64,000 nucleotides of DNA from Myxococcota bacterium (GTDB taxonomy: Bacteria; Myxococcota_A; Bradymonadia; UBA4248). The stretch spans positions 3,301 to 67,300 of the forward strand of contig JAZUKH010000279.1 of NCBI GenBank assembly GCA_045643185.1, given 5' to 3'. The position numbers and the translations under genes are program-made. The notes under the pieces were generated by a model. The model was not told the DNA's origin and searched no databases. It was given only the letters and a program-made list of their open reading frames with translations. Below are positions 1 through 9,303 of the stretch, piece after piece; position 1 is the first letter of the stretch, and every line of letters starts with the position of its first letter.

Positions 1-414
1 TTTCTCAAAGCCCTGCGCGAACACAAATCCTCTGCGGATCGCTTTAACCGCGCTGGTATGACCCTTATCGAAATCATGATCGTTATCACGCTCATGGCTG
101 CCTTAATGACCGTTATCGGTTACAACGTCATCGGCACCGCTGACCGTGGTTACGTCAAAATGGCCGAAATGGATCTCAACTCCTTCAAAGGCGCCTGCAA
201 CCAATACAGAACGTTCTACAAAAAATATCCGAATAGCCTCGAAGACTTGATCAAAACGCCCGATAACAACCCGATCCTTGACGCCGAAGAAGTTCAGAAA
301 GATCCTTGGGATAACGACTACATCTTCGAGAAGAATGGCACCAAGATCAAGATCTATTCAATGGGTCCGGATAGCCTCGAAAATACTGAAGACGACGTCG
401 TCATCAACTTCTAA
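1..414 (+). CDS. gspG: Type II secretion major pseudopilin (GspG-like, prepilin-type N-terminal methylation domain); 5' end probably outside the window
   Basis: The frame is open from nt 1 (…RFNRAG|MTLIEIMIVITLMAAL). This gives the prepilin peptidase site G|(M/F)TLIE followed by a hydrophobic helix. C-terminal DPWDNDY and SMGPDS match the GspG signatures DPWGxxY and SLGxDG. The ORF track lists 58..414. Confidence 0.6.
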   Translation, partial: FLKALREHKSSADRFNRAGMTLIEIMIVITLMAALMTVIGYNVIGTADRGYVKMAEMDLNSFKGACNQYRTFYKKYPNSLEDLIKTPDNNPILDAEEVQKDPWDNDYIFEKNGTKIKIYSMGPDSLENTEDDVVINF

Positions 415-434
415 TTCATTCTAAATTCACTCAA

Positions 435-462
435 AAGCGGCTTTCGAGCCGCTTTTTTTGTA
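435..462 (+). terminator. Rho-independent terminator after the pseudopilin gene
   Basis: Hairpin aaagcggctttcgagccgc followed by ttttttt. Confidence 0.6.
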
Positions 463-672
463 CGCCTGCACACTGCAGGCCCAGGCCTGCTCAAAAACAA
501 AATATTCAAGAATAAACAAACAAACTAAAAAAATGATAATCCCCATCTAAGTTGAAACGATCCAACGCCTCAAAAAACGAAATTTCACGCCGAACTGAAC
601 TGAAATCGTGTATACTGCGCAAGCATTTTTATGTGCATGGATTCACAACGTCAAAACAGAAGGAGCGATTGC

Positions 673-2151
673 ATGAACATCTTAATGGTTGCCTCTGAAG
701 CTGTTCCGTTTGCCAAAACGGGTGGTCTTGCTGATGTCGCTGGTGTCCTGCCGAAATTCCTCAAACAACTTGGTCACGACGTTCGCGTCGTGATGCCGTG
801 TTACAGCAAGATCGACAAGCAAAAATACGGCCTCAAGCCGATCCCCGGCGCATTAGGCGTGTGGATGGGCGTCTTTGGCGAGTTTTGGTGTGAAATTTTT
901 GAATCCACGTTGCCCGATAGCGAAGTTCCGATCTATTTTATCTCGTACGATCGCTTTTTTGCCCGTCCAAGCCTGTATAACGAAGCAAACGGCGAAGGCT
1001 TTCAGGACAACGACAACCGCTTTGTATTTTTATCGCGTGCGGCGCTTCAGGTCTGCAAAAAAGTCGGTTTTTCGCCCGACGTCGTGCACGCAAACGACTG
1101 GCATACAGCTGCGGTGCCGATTTTCCTCAACACGGCCTACAAAGATGACCCGATGTTTGCCAACACAGCCTCGATCCTGACGATCCACAACATGGAATAC
1201 CAGGGACGCTACTATGCCGACCTCATGAAAGTGCTCGACATTGGCTGGGAACACTTCAACCACCTCGAACTGGAGTGGCACAACTGCTGTAACCTTCTGA
1301 AAGGCGGTCTCTACCACGCAACGCTTTTCAACGCCGTGAGCCACGGATATGCCGAAGAGATCAAAACGCCGCAGTTTGGCCATGGTCTTGACGGCGTCGT
1401 TCGCGACCGCGCCGATGCGCTCCGCGGCATCGTCAACGGCATCGACTACACCGTCTGGAATCCGTCCATTGACACGCTGATTCCAGCCAACTACGACTGG
1501 GGCAATATGTCCGGCAAATCGGTCTGCAAAGGCGCCCTTCAGGTGCGTCTTGGCCTGGAATGTCGCGAAGATCGCCCGCTTTTCGGTGTGGTCTGCCGAC
1601 TAGTCGACCAAAAAGGCATTCGTCTGCTCGCGCAGATCTTTGAACGTCTCATGCAACTCGACCTTCAGATCGCGCTTCTTGGCAGCGGCGAAGCCTGGGC
1701 ACACGGCTTCCTCAACCAGATGGCCGCGCGCTATCCCGGAAAATTCGGGCTTTATCTTGGCTACGACGAATCCCTTGCCCACCAGATCGAAGCGGGCGCC
1801 GATTTCTTCCTCATGCCCAGCGTCTTCGAGCCCTGCGGCCTCAATCAACTCTACAGCCTGCGTTACGGCGCCATCCCCATCGTACACGCCGTCGGTGGCC
1901 TCAACGACACCGTCGAAAACTTCGACGAATACTGGAACTGCGGCACCGGCTTCAAATACCAGGATCAAACCGCAGACGCCCTCTACAACACCATCGGCTG
2001 GGCACTCAGCACTTGGTATCATCGCCCCGATTGCATCGAAAAACTCCGCGAAAACGGCATGAACAAAGTCTTTTCGTGGGAAGGCAGTGCAAACCAGTAC
2101 ATTGAGCTCTATCGAGAAGCCATCCAACGCAAAACGGGACATGCACGCTAG
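673..2151 (+). CDS. glgA: Glycogen synthase (ADP-glucose-type, GT5)
   Basis: MNILMVASEAVPFAKTGGLADV is the KTGGL motif. NDWHTA, the C-terminal sugar-binding region and a length of about 490 aa fit GlgA. RBS aggag lies before the ATG at 673; the 631 start in the ORF track is an extension. Confidence 0.85.
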   Translation: MNILMVASEAVPFAKTGGLADVAGVLPKFLKQLGHDVRVVMPCYSKIDKQKYGLKPIPGALGVWMGVFGEFWCEIFESTLPDSEVPIYFISYDRFFARPSLYNEANGEGFQDNDNRFVFLSRAALQVCKKVGFSPDVVHANDWHTAAVPIFLNTAYKDDPMFANTASILTIHNMEYQGRYYADLMKVLDIGWEHFNHLELEWHNCCNLLKGGLYHATLFNAVSHGYAEEIKTPQFGHGLDGVVRDRADALRGIVNGIDYTVWNPSIDTLIPANYDWGNMSGKSVCKGALQVRLGLECREDRPLFGVVCRLVDQKGIRLLAQIFERLMQLDLQIALLGSGEAWAHGFLNQMAARYPGKFGLYLGYDESLAHQIEAGADFFLMPSVFEPCGLNQLYSLRYGAIPIVHAVGGLNDTVENFDEYWNCGTGFKYQDQTADALYNTIGWALSTWYHRPDCIEKLRENGMNKVFSWEGSANQYIELYREAIQRKTGHAR

Positions 2152-2202
2152 ACTTTCAAATCAATGCTTGAATTCATAGGAAAACTCTGATTATGTATAA
2201 GG

Positions 2203-2265
2203 AAGAGGGGAAAGCCTTCCCCTACGCGGCTATTGGCGACGCCAATACGCCGCTACCCCTTCTGC
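2203..2265. repeat. GC-rich palindromic intergenic repeat, family A (core ggggaaGGCTTCCCCTACGCGGCTATTGGC…GCCAATACGCCGCTACCCC)
   Basis: Imperfect inverted repeat. Near-identical inverted copy at 12611..12681; related copies at 2797, 17783, 33664, 47388 and 52615. Confidence 0.75.
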
Positions 2266-2321
2266 CTGCGGCGCTTCCAACAGGTTAATCAGCCTTTCCG
2301 TTCAATTTTTGGAGATTATAA

Positions 2322-2714
2322 ATGGCTTATCTTGAACTTGACCTAAAAGAAATCGAAGTTGAATACGTGGCTCCCCACATTTCAACAGGCATGGAACGCA
2401 TCACCCTCATGCTGACGATCGTCCGCGGCGCCCGAGGCAAACGCAAACTTCTGGGTGAAGCATTTGTCCGTACGGTCTATCAACCGCTCATCCACTTCAA
2501 AGTATTTGACGAAGTCAGCGTCGAATCACTTTTCACGCGTTTTTTGCAGCAACTGATCCACCGTGGTTATCGTCCCATCCAATATCGCGAAAAAGATCTG
2601 GATGAACATCTGTCACCCTGGAAACCTTGCGATATGAGCGCACTCGACAGCAGCGACCTTGACCGCGCTGAAGAAGCTGGTATGAACATCGGCGAAAACT
2701 TCGAAGATTTTTAG
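2322..2714 (+). CDS. Hypothetical protein (130 aa)
   Basis: Intact ORF with RBS ggag 8 nt upstream; no recognisable motif. Confidence 0.45.
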   Translation: MAYLELDLKEIEVEYVAPHISTGMERITLMLTIVRGARGKRKLLGEAFVRTVYQPLIHFKVFDEVSVESLFTRFLQQLIHRGYRPIQYREKDLDEHLSPWKPCDMSALDSSDLDRAEEAGMNIGENFEDF

Positions 2715-2724
2715 CATCATCAAC

Positions 2725-2752
2725 GGCAGGCTTAACCGCCTGCCGCTTTTTT
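2725..2752 (+). terminator. Rho-independent terminator
   Basis: ggcaggcttaaccgcctgcc hairpin followed by gctttttt. Confidence 0.6.
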
Positions 2753-2796
2753 GTCTCAAACACGCTTGACGATGCCTGCAAACTGGCAGGCGTTGC

Positions 2797-2871
2797 GGGG
2801 CGCGAGCCCCGCACGGGGGGTAGCGGCGTATTTGCTTTGCAAATAGCCGCGCAGGGGGAGTCGGCCCCCGG
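2797..2871. repeat. Palindromic intergenic repeat, family A variant
   Basis: gggg…GGGTAGCGGCGTATTTGCtTTGCAAATAGCCGCGcaggggg. Same GGCGTAT/ATAGCC core as the other copies. Confidence 0.65.
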
Positions 2872-2943
2872 ATACTTCTGATCTTAAAGTGCCATAACCT
2901 GGTCGCGACCATTGTATGCCGCACCGATTTATCTTTTTGTGCC

Positions 2944-4506
2944 ATGATCGACGTAATTTTTGAAAACGATGACATCCTTGTTGTGAACAAACCCACGGGC
3001 ATTCCCACGCACGCCCCGAATGACGAAAAAAAAGGCGTCGTCGAGCTGCTGCAGGACGAACGCGGCATAAAACTCGGCGTGCACAGTCGACTGGATGAAG
3101 GCACGAGCGGCACGCTCGCGTTTTCGAAATCAAGACTGGGTGCTGAAATGCTCACAAAAGCCTTCGAACTCAAAGACGTTCGCAAGTATTACTACGCGAT
3201 CGTGTGCGGCAAACCGGCCAAAGACGCGGGCGAGTGGTGTCACAAGCTGACACATCAAAACGGCGTGACGTTTGAAGACGAGAAGGGGAAGGTTGCGAAA
3301 TGCAAATACCGCGTTGTGACCACGTGCGCCCCCTTCACGCTGCTTGAGCTGCAGCTTCTGACGGGCATGACGCACCAACTGCGCGTGCAATGCGCCCTTG
3401 AAGGCATGCCGATTCTGGGCGACGCGCTGTACGGCGGCGGCGATCAAGCGCCGCGCCTGTGCCTGCATGCGCACAAACTCATTTTGATGAGCGAAAAAAA
3501 TCTGCCGCACTTTGTCGCGCCACTGCCTGACATCATGGTCAAACCAAGTCCAGAGAAGCTGTTCAACTTTATTTTTAAGTCGATTGCCGGACGACTTGGC
3601 GCCATGCCTGCGACCGAAGCGATCCGCGTTGCGGTGCCGCAGCACTCCGGGGTGCCTGAGATCCTCGTCGAAAAACTTGCCAACACATTGCTCGTGCGCC
3701 ACCTGGAACCGGCCAAAACCTCGTTGTGGACGGCTGCGTCGCTCGAAGCGCTCATGCGCGTGGCTGACCGAGTGTTTAAATGCAGCCAGAATGCCTATCG
3801 CGTGCACGAATCGCCCGAAAAGTCGAAAGCCTGTCGCGCCTTCGAGCGGGCGTTTGACCAAACGCCTGAACCATTCACGGCGACAGAACTGGGTCAAAAA
3901 TACACGTTTGACCTGACGGGCAATGCCGTGGGCCTCTATCTCGATCAGCGTGAAAACCGTGACTGGGTCATCAAAAATGCCCACGGCAACGTGCTGAATC
4001 TGTTTGCCTATACGTGTGCGTTCTCACTTTGTGCCGCGAAAGCCCAGGCTACGACGGGCACGGTCAGCATCGACGCGGCAAAAGCCGCGCTCAATCGCGG
4101 ACGAACAAACTTTGAAGAAAACGGTCTTTCGCTCGACGGGCATCGTTTTATCGTCGAAGATGCCCAGAAATACCTCGATCGATGCGCCAAAAATGGCACC
4201 CAGTTCGACACGATCATTTGTGATCCACCCAGCTTTGGGCGTTCGGGCAAAGTCGTGTTTTCGCTCGACGACGCGCTGGAAGACCTCGTGATGGGCTGTG
4301 TCCGTGTTGCTGCCCCCGGCGCCACGATCCTGTTCTGCATCAATCACCGAAAGATCCGCTTGTCGCGCTTCAAACAGGCTTTCGAAAAAGCACTCAACGC
4401 CTGTCAAAAACGCACGGCAGCCTTTGAAGCGTTCATCAACGATGACGCGTGTGGTCCGCTCGGCGTTGGCACCGACCTCAAAACCATTCGCGTCACGCTC
4501 AAATAA
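2944..4506 (+). CDS. Fusion protein: RluA-family pseudouridine synthase (N-terminal) plus class I SAM-dependent RlmI/RlmL-like rRNA methyltransferase (C-terminal)
   Basis: N-terminal VVNKPTGIPTHAP…HSRLDEGTSG (RluA catalytic Asp motif HxRLD) and LHAHKL. C-terminal FDTIICDPPSF (DPPxF motif of RlmI-type MTases). Confidence 0.65.
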   Translation: MIDVIFENDDILVVNKPTGIPTHAPNDEKKGVVELLQDERGIKLGVHSRLDEGTSGTLAFSKSRLGAEMLTKAFELKDVRKYYYAIVCGKPAKDAGEWCHKLTHQNGVTFEDEKGKVAKCKYRVVTTCAPFTLLELQLLTGMTHQLRVQCALEGMPILGDALYGGGDQAPRLCLHAHKLILMSEKNLPHFVAPLPDIMVKPSPEKLFNFIFKSIAGRLGAMPATEAIRVAVPQHSGVPEILVEKLANTLLVRHLEPAKTSLWTAASLEALMRVADRVFKCSQNAYRVHESPEKSKACRAFERAFDQTPEPFTATELGQKYTFDLTGNAVGLYLDQRENRDWVIKNAHGNVLNLFAYTCAFSLCAAKAQATTGTVSIDAAKAALNRGRTNFEENGLSLDGHRFIVEDAQKYLDRCAKNGTQFDTIICDPPSFGRSGKVVFSLDDALEDLVMGCVRVAAPGATILFCINHRKIRLSRFKQAFEKALNACQKRTAAFEAFINDDACGPLGVGTDLKTIRVTLK

Positions 4507-4557
4507 ACTCAATTAAAATAGATGAGTTTTGGCGCCGACACACGTCGGCGCACTCAC

Positions 4558-5604
4558 CTAGGCGTGCGGCAGCATACACGTCACAAAACAAAGTGCCGAC
4601 GCACAATCAAACTCGATCTCGCTGAACTGCGCCGAGATCATGCCAGACTCACCCGTCGCAAACGCCATTGACGATTCCGCGCTACGACAGGTACAACGGC
4701 CTTCCAACGTAATCAGGCTCTTGAGCTCAGAGGGCAACGACAAAGTCGCGCGCCCCGTTCCCTGAAGCACGAAAAACACGAGCTCGTTGCGTATTGTAAT
4801 TTTGCGAACACAGAACGACGGCGTCTCAACGACCGACACAGCCGGCAGCACAAAGTCGTCTGCCGCCATGACGTTGCGCTCAAGATTCACCCAGTTCAGC
4901 CCGGCCTCAACGTGAAGCGGCCGATACGCACCGTTTTCATCCAACGAGCCCTCGGCATTATAGCGTCGATTCCAGTCATACAAGCGTAGCGTCAGACCAT
5001 TCTTACCCGGCTTCATGACCTGCGGTTCGACGACCGACACGCCCTTCCCCAGGGCGTGCACGACACCTGGTGGTATCATCACCATTTCGTGGGCATGAAC
5101 CGGCACAAAACGCAAGTCATCGCGCAGATCACCGTGCGAGTAAAGCGTCTCACGAAGCCTGTCTAACGTCACATGCGGTTGAAAACCAAGATAGATACCG
5201 GCATTCGGTTCGGCGTGAAGCACGTACCAGGCTTCCCACTTGCCCGACATGCCTTGTTCAGCGATCTCGGCTTCGACAGGCGGATGAATTTGAACCGACA
5301 AGTCCATCGCCGCGTCGATCGTTTTGATCAGCATCGGCGTGCTCTTGCCCCAGTGCGAAATGTGACCCGCGCTCAACCACGAAGCGGATTCAGTATCCAA
5401 AATGTCATATAGCGGACGATCCGTCTCAAGTTCACGGGACGGAAATTCTTTGAAAACTGAAAAATCCCACGATTCGCCCACAGGTTTATCAAACTGAGCC
5501 CAGCGTTCGCCTGCGCGGTACACGCGCGGAATGCGCTTACCGCCCCACGGCGTTCTTTGCGGACTCATAATATTATCATTGCGAAATTTAAGAATACCAA
5601 ACAT
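4558..5604 (-). CDS. manA: Class I mannose-6-phosphate isomerase-like cupin protein
   Basis: Key motifs (ESWDFS, LSVQIHP, GKWEAWYVL, PPGVVHALG, VVEPQ) and a length of about 335 aa match type I PMI. The start may be M13 (MSPQRTPWGGK). Confidence 0.55.
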   Translation of the reverse strand: MFGILKFRNDNIMSPQRTPWGGKRIPRVYRAGERWAQFDKPVGESWDFSVFKEFPSRELETDRPLYDILDTESASWLSAGHISHWGKSTPMLIKTIDAAMDLSVQIHPPVEAEIAEQGMSGKWEAWYVLHAEPNAGIYLGFQPHVTLDRLRETLYSHGDLRDDLRFVPVHAHEMVMIPPGVVHALGKGVSVVEPQVMKPGKNGLTLRLYDWNRRYNAEGSLDENGAYRPLHVEAGLNWVNLERNVMAADDFVLPAVSVVETPSFCVRKITIRNELVFFVLQGTGRATLSLPSELKSLITLEGRCTCRSAESSMAFATGESGMISAQFSEIEFDCASALCFVTCMLPHA

Positions 5605-5681
5605 GAATTTACCAAATCAGCCCATACAAAAAGCACAACACAGCCCTAGGCTGCGCTCAAACAACCAACATTTCTTCTAAT

Positions 5682-6785
5682 TTATTGCTTTGACCCACTA
5701 AAATCGAAGAGTTGTTCCCACTTCTCGCGGTTATTTTCCCAGGAATTCTCGGTTATCCAGGCCAATGCCTTATCGGCCTTTTGTGTGAGTGGTTCGCCTG
5801 CAGAAAGATCATTAAAGAAGTGAACGATGGCGTTTGTAAGTGCTTTCACATGTTCTTCGGGCGAGTCGTAGTTGTAAAACCATCCGACCTCGTCGTAATT
5901 TGGATTATCTTTGATACTGCCAATGAGCGGCATGATCATCGGCTTGTGATACGAACAAGCCATCCAGAACGTTCCGGAATTGAGCGAACTGCGCTGGTCA
6001 TAAGGCGCAACGAGCGCTTCAGCCAGATCTAAATAATCACCCAATTCTTCATTGGCCACATAGTCGATGTGAAAACGAACGAGATCCGACGTTTTTTCAA
6101 AAGCGTGGTTGAGCTCATCAATGTATTGTTTGGAGCTGCATTTTCCAACGATCAAAAGCGTGACATCACGTTTGCCCGTCTCTTCCACAGCTTTTTCGAA
6201 GCCTTCCAGCAGGATCTCGATATTTTTATAGGGCGCGATACTGCCCGAAAATAGCAAAACCTTGTGATCTTCCGGAATATTAAACTTTTTCTTAAGATCA
6301 GCCCCCGTGCGACCGTAGTTATTAAAGTAATCCCCATGAGGCACGACGACACATTTGTCACGATACGGCGCTACGATCGGCAAATCCAGGGATTCACGAC
6401 ACAACAAATGAATGCGCGAAGCATGTTTGGCAACCGTCTCCATGACTTTTTTAGAATACACATCGGTCGCCTTGTCATGCGCAACCTTATTGTGCAGCGT
6501 CCAAACGATGTTTTTGCCCGTCAAAGCGAAATAATACACAAACGCCTGACGCGCCCGACAAGAGATCATGCGCTCAAAGTCGTTTTTGCCTTTAACGCGC
6601 TCTATCCAGTTAAAATGCACCGTGTCACACGTAAACAGCGGCAACAAATAATGCGAGAGCAATTCGTCAGCGCCAACAACATCGTATGCCTTGGAAAGCA
6701 AATTCACAAGGTTGGGCAAATATAGATTGGCTGCCTTACGGGCAACCGGGTACATCAAAATTTGAGTTTTTTTAGATCTAGCCAT
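5682..6785 (-). CDS. Glycosyltransferase (GT4/group 1-like)
   Basis: C-terminal Rossmann region with LLFSGSIAPYKNIEILLEGF…LLIVGK and E…E typical of the GT-B retaining fold. 367 aa. Confidence 0.5.
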   Translation of the reverse strand: MARSKKTQILMYPVARKAANLYLPNLVNLLSKAYDVVGADELLSHYLLPLFTCDTVHFNWIERVKGKNDFERMISCRARQAFVYYFALTGKNIVWTLHNKVAHDKATDVYSKKVMETVAKHASRIHLLCRESLDLPIVAPYRDKCVVVPHGDYFNNYGRTGADLKKKFNIPEDHKVLLFSGSIAPYKNIEILLEGFEKAVEETGKRDVTLLIVGKCSSKQYIDELNHAFEKTSDLVRFHIDYVANEELGDYLDLAEALVAPYDQRSSLNSGTFWMACSYHKPMIMPLIGSIKDNPNYDEVGWFYNYDSPEEHVKALTNAIVHFFNDLSAGEPLTQKADKALAWITENSWENNREKWEQLFDFSGSKQ

Positions 6786-7124
6786 GATAGTTTTCAGTAT
6801 ATCTGTCTAAACACCGACCGCGTTGGTCAGCATTCAATGACATATAAAGCGTAGCGTGGGGCTATTCAGTTCGTTCAGTGCGCCACATGACGCATTGCGG
6901 CCCCAAAAGCACGCCCTTTTACATTCAATCCAGATTCCATTCAAACTTTATTACAAATCATGGCTTACAAACAGAACCGAGCGCCCTCAGCGACAGTACA
7001 TTCTTCAAATTGTGTCAGTTACAAGACGTATCATTTCAACCGTTGAATTAACAAAATTTGTCGATACACTGCTTGCCCATTCGGCAGTTGTGCCGGCAAT
7101 CACACAACGATATGGAGATGACTT

Positions 7125-9149
7125 ATGCTCAATTTAGTAAACCTGTTACTGGTTTTGACCATATCTGCCATCATGACGGGCAGCAATGCGAATGTTGGCC
7201 CAGGCGGACCGGGCATGATGCCGCCACCCGGCGGACACGGCGGACCAGGCATGCCGCCACCGCCACCGATGATGCACGGCGACCTGACCGGCAAGACCGG
7301 TGAATTTATTCCCGTTCCAGAAGTGAACGTCATGCCCCCGCTTGAAGCCGAACCCACCTTCGATGCCTCTCAGTGTATTGCCATCGACCTCGCCCATGCC
7401 AAATCCCCCAACGACAACCTCGTGATCGTCAAAAACGACAAAGATGATCCGACCCAGATCGAGATCAAACTCGCCGTTGACAACGCCTGCATCAAACTCG
7501 TCGGTGCCTGGAACGGCAGCGTCGTTTTCAAAAATCCAAACAGTTACAACGCCAACGTCATTTTGGACAACGTCAAGCTGACCGCCAAAGACGGCGCTCC
7601 CGCTTTTCTCAAACTCAAAAGCTCCAGAAAAGACGCTGGTGTCCGCTATAACCTGCATTTGGTCGGTCAAAACACCATCGAAGGCGGCTACACAAAAAAA
7701 TCTAACAAAATCATTGAATGTGAACCGAGCCTCGACATCACCGGCACGGGCAGTTTGAACGTCATTGCCCACTATAAAACTGGCATTGACGTCGGCGACG
7801 CACTCAAGATCTACAACGGCACGACGCGTATTACCGTCGATCGCACAGAAAACACCGTTTGGGCTGCCAAAGATGACTCCGACCAAGTCGAAATCGAAAA
7901 AGGCTTCGGCATCAAAGCCACGAACAGCTTTGAAATGGTCGGTGGCGCACTCGTCATCAATGGACACGACACCAAGATCGACGACGGCTACCAGACGCGA
8001 GGCATCAAAGTCGACGGCAGTGAATCTGACTATGGCGCCGGTAAAGGCTTTATCAAGATCTCCAACGGCGATGTCGTCATTCAAACCGATGGCAAGGGCA
8101 TGTCCGCCGGTTGGAAAGTAAGCGAAGACGCTGAAACGCCGACCACGTCGGACGACCCGATACCCGACGTCATGATCTCCGGCGGTCGCTTCAGGATCAC
8201 GACGTTTAGCACGCCGATCGAGTCAATGGGATTCCCCGGTCAGAAAAAGGAAGTCGACCCCAACGCGACACCAGACCTTAGTCCCGAAGGCATCGAAGCC
8301 AAGCACCACCTCACGATCACAGGTGGCGAATTTCTTATTCGCACGACCGATGACGGCATTCAGGCCGCCGAAAAAGTCACGTTGGCCGGCGGCACCGGCA
8401 TCGTCATGTCTCCGGGCAACGACGCAGTCGACAGCAACGGCGTCATAGCCATCGACGGCGGCACCTGGGCGATCTTCGGCTCTGGGGCGCCTGAAACCGG
8501 GCTGGACGCGGATTCTTCCAAAAATGTCTCATACAGCGGCGGCTGGCTCTTCGCCATGGGAGGCGATAACAACGCGCCCGGCACGGTCACCGCGCCCGGC
8601 TCGTTCGTTCAAAAATCCAATGGCGGACATGGTGGACCCGGCGGACATGGCGGTCCCGGCAGACATGGCGGACCAGGCGAGATGATGCCGCCACAGGATG
8701 GCATGGGCGGACCCGGCGGACGACCCGGTGACATGATGCCGCCACCAGGTGGCATGGGCGGACCCGGCGGCGAACAGGTCAAACTGGCCGGCAAATACAT
8801 CGCCGTCACAGCCGTCGATTCTGACGACGTCATTGCCGCAGTACGTGTGCCCGACAGCTACGAAGGCGGCTCCGGAATCCTCGTCCTCAACGACGCCTTC
8901 GTCAAAGACACGGTCTATACGCTCCACATCGGCCCAGACCTCCAGGCTGCGTCCGACGCGACCTGGTATGGCGACGTCATTCTGAACGGCAATGCCAAAG
9001 TCTCGGGCGGCGAAAGTGAACCCGTCACAGGCGGCCTTTCGACCGGTCACGACATGGGACCGGGCGGTCCCGGCGGTCATCGAGGCCCGCGCGGTCAACA
9101 AAGTCGCGCGGCCAAGATCATGAACGCCATCATTATGTCGATCCGCTAA
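7125..9149 (+). CDS. Secreted beta-helix-like protein with Gly/Pro/Met/His-rich low-complexity termini
   Basis: Signal peptide MLNLVNLLLVLTISAIMTGSNA. N-terminal GGPGMMPPPGGHGGPGMPPPPPMMHG. C-terminal GGHGGPGGHGGPGRHGGPGEMMPPQDGMGGPGGRPGDMMPPPGGMGGPGG and …GHDMGPGGPGGHRGPRG. The central region has repeated ITxxGG/IxIDGG strands, possibly a Cthe_2159-like carbohydrate-binding beta-helix. Confidence 0.5.
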   Translation: MLNLVNLLLVLTISAIMTGSNANVGPGGPGMMPPPGGHGGPGMPPPPPMMHGDLTGKTGEFIPVPEVNVMPPLEAEPTFDASQCIAIDLAHAKSPNDNLVIVKNDKDDPTQIEIKLAVDNACIKLVGAWNGSVVFKNPNSYNANVILDNVKLTAKDGAPAFLKLKSSRKDAGVRYNLHLVGQNTIEGGYTKKSNKIIECEPSLDITGTGSLNVIAHYKTGIDVGDALKIYNGTTRITVDRTENTVWAAKDDSDQVEIEKGFGIKATNSFEMVGGALVINGHDTKIDDGYQTRGIKVDGSESDYGAGKGFIKISNGDVVIQTDGKGMSAGWKVSEDAETPTTSDDPIPDVMISGGRFRITTFSTPIESMGFPGQKKEVDPNATPDLSPEGIEAKHHLTITGGEFLIRTTDDGIQAAEKVTLAGGTGIVMSPGNDAVDSNGVIAIDGGTWAIFGSGAPETGLDADSSKNVSYSGGWLFAMGGDNNAPGTVTAPGSFVQKSNGGHGGPGGHGGPGRHGGPGEMMPPQDGMGGPGGRPGDMMPPPGGMGGPGGEQVKLAGKYIAVTAVDSDDVIAAVRVPDSYEGGSGILVLNDAFVKDTVYTLHIGPDLQAASDATWYGDVILNGNAKVSGGESEPVTGGLSTGHDMGPGGPGGHRGPRGQQSRAAKIMNAIIMSIR

Positions 9150-9160
9150 CGCGACCAAAC

Positions 9161-9187
9161 GTAGAGACGCATTTTTCGCGTCTCTAC
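9161..9187. terminator. Hairpin GTAGAGACGCatttttcGCGTCTCTAC; a terminator-like module that recurs in family A repeats
   Basis: Perfect 10-bp stem immediately 3' of the 7125..9149 gene. The same stem sequence occurs at 33726..33750 and 47431..47461. Confidence 0.5.
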
Positions 9188-9303
9188 CAACGATGGCTCA
9201 ACGCCAGCTTGTCTAGCATGACGATTTATTCCCTGTTTTCGCGCCGTTATGCTACCATGCGCGCGCTGCATGATGCGGCGACGCATGAAAAAAGGATTTT
9301 GAT

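Noticed and set aside
1640-2062. 140-aa Ser/Thr/Pro-rich ORF in an alternate frame of glgA
   Set aside because: It overlaps the well-supported glgA frame and is a compositional artefact.
9190-9303. Possible glmS ribozyme in the glmS 5' leader
   Set aside because: The leader is only about 110 nt and lacks the conserved glmS ribozyme core; the element is essentially Gram-positive. No support.
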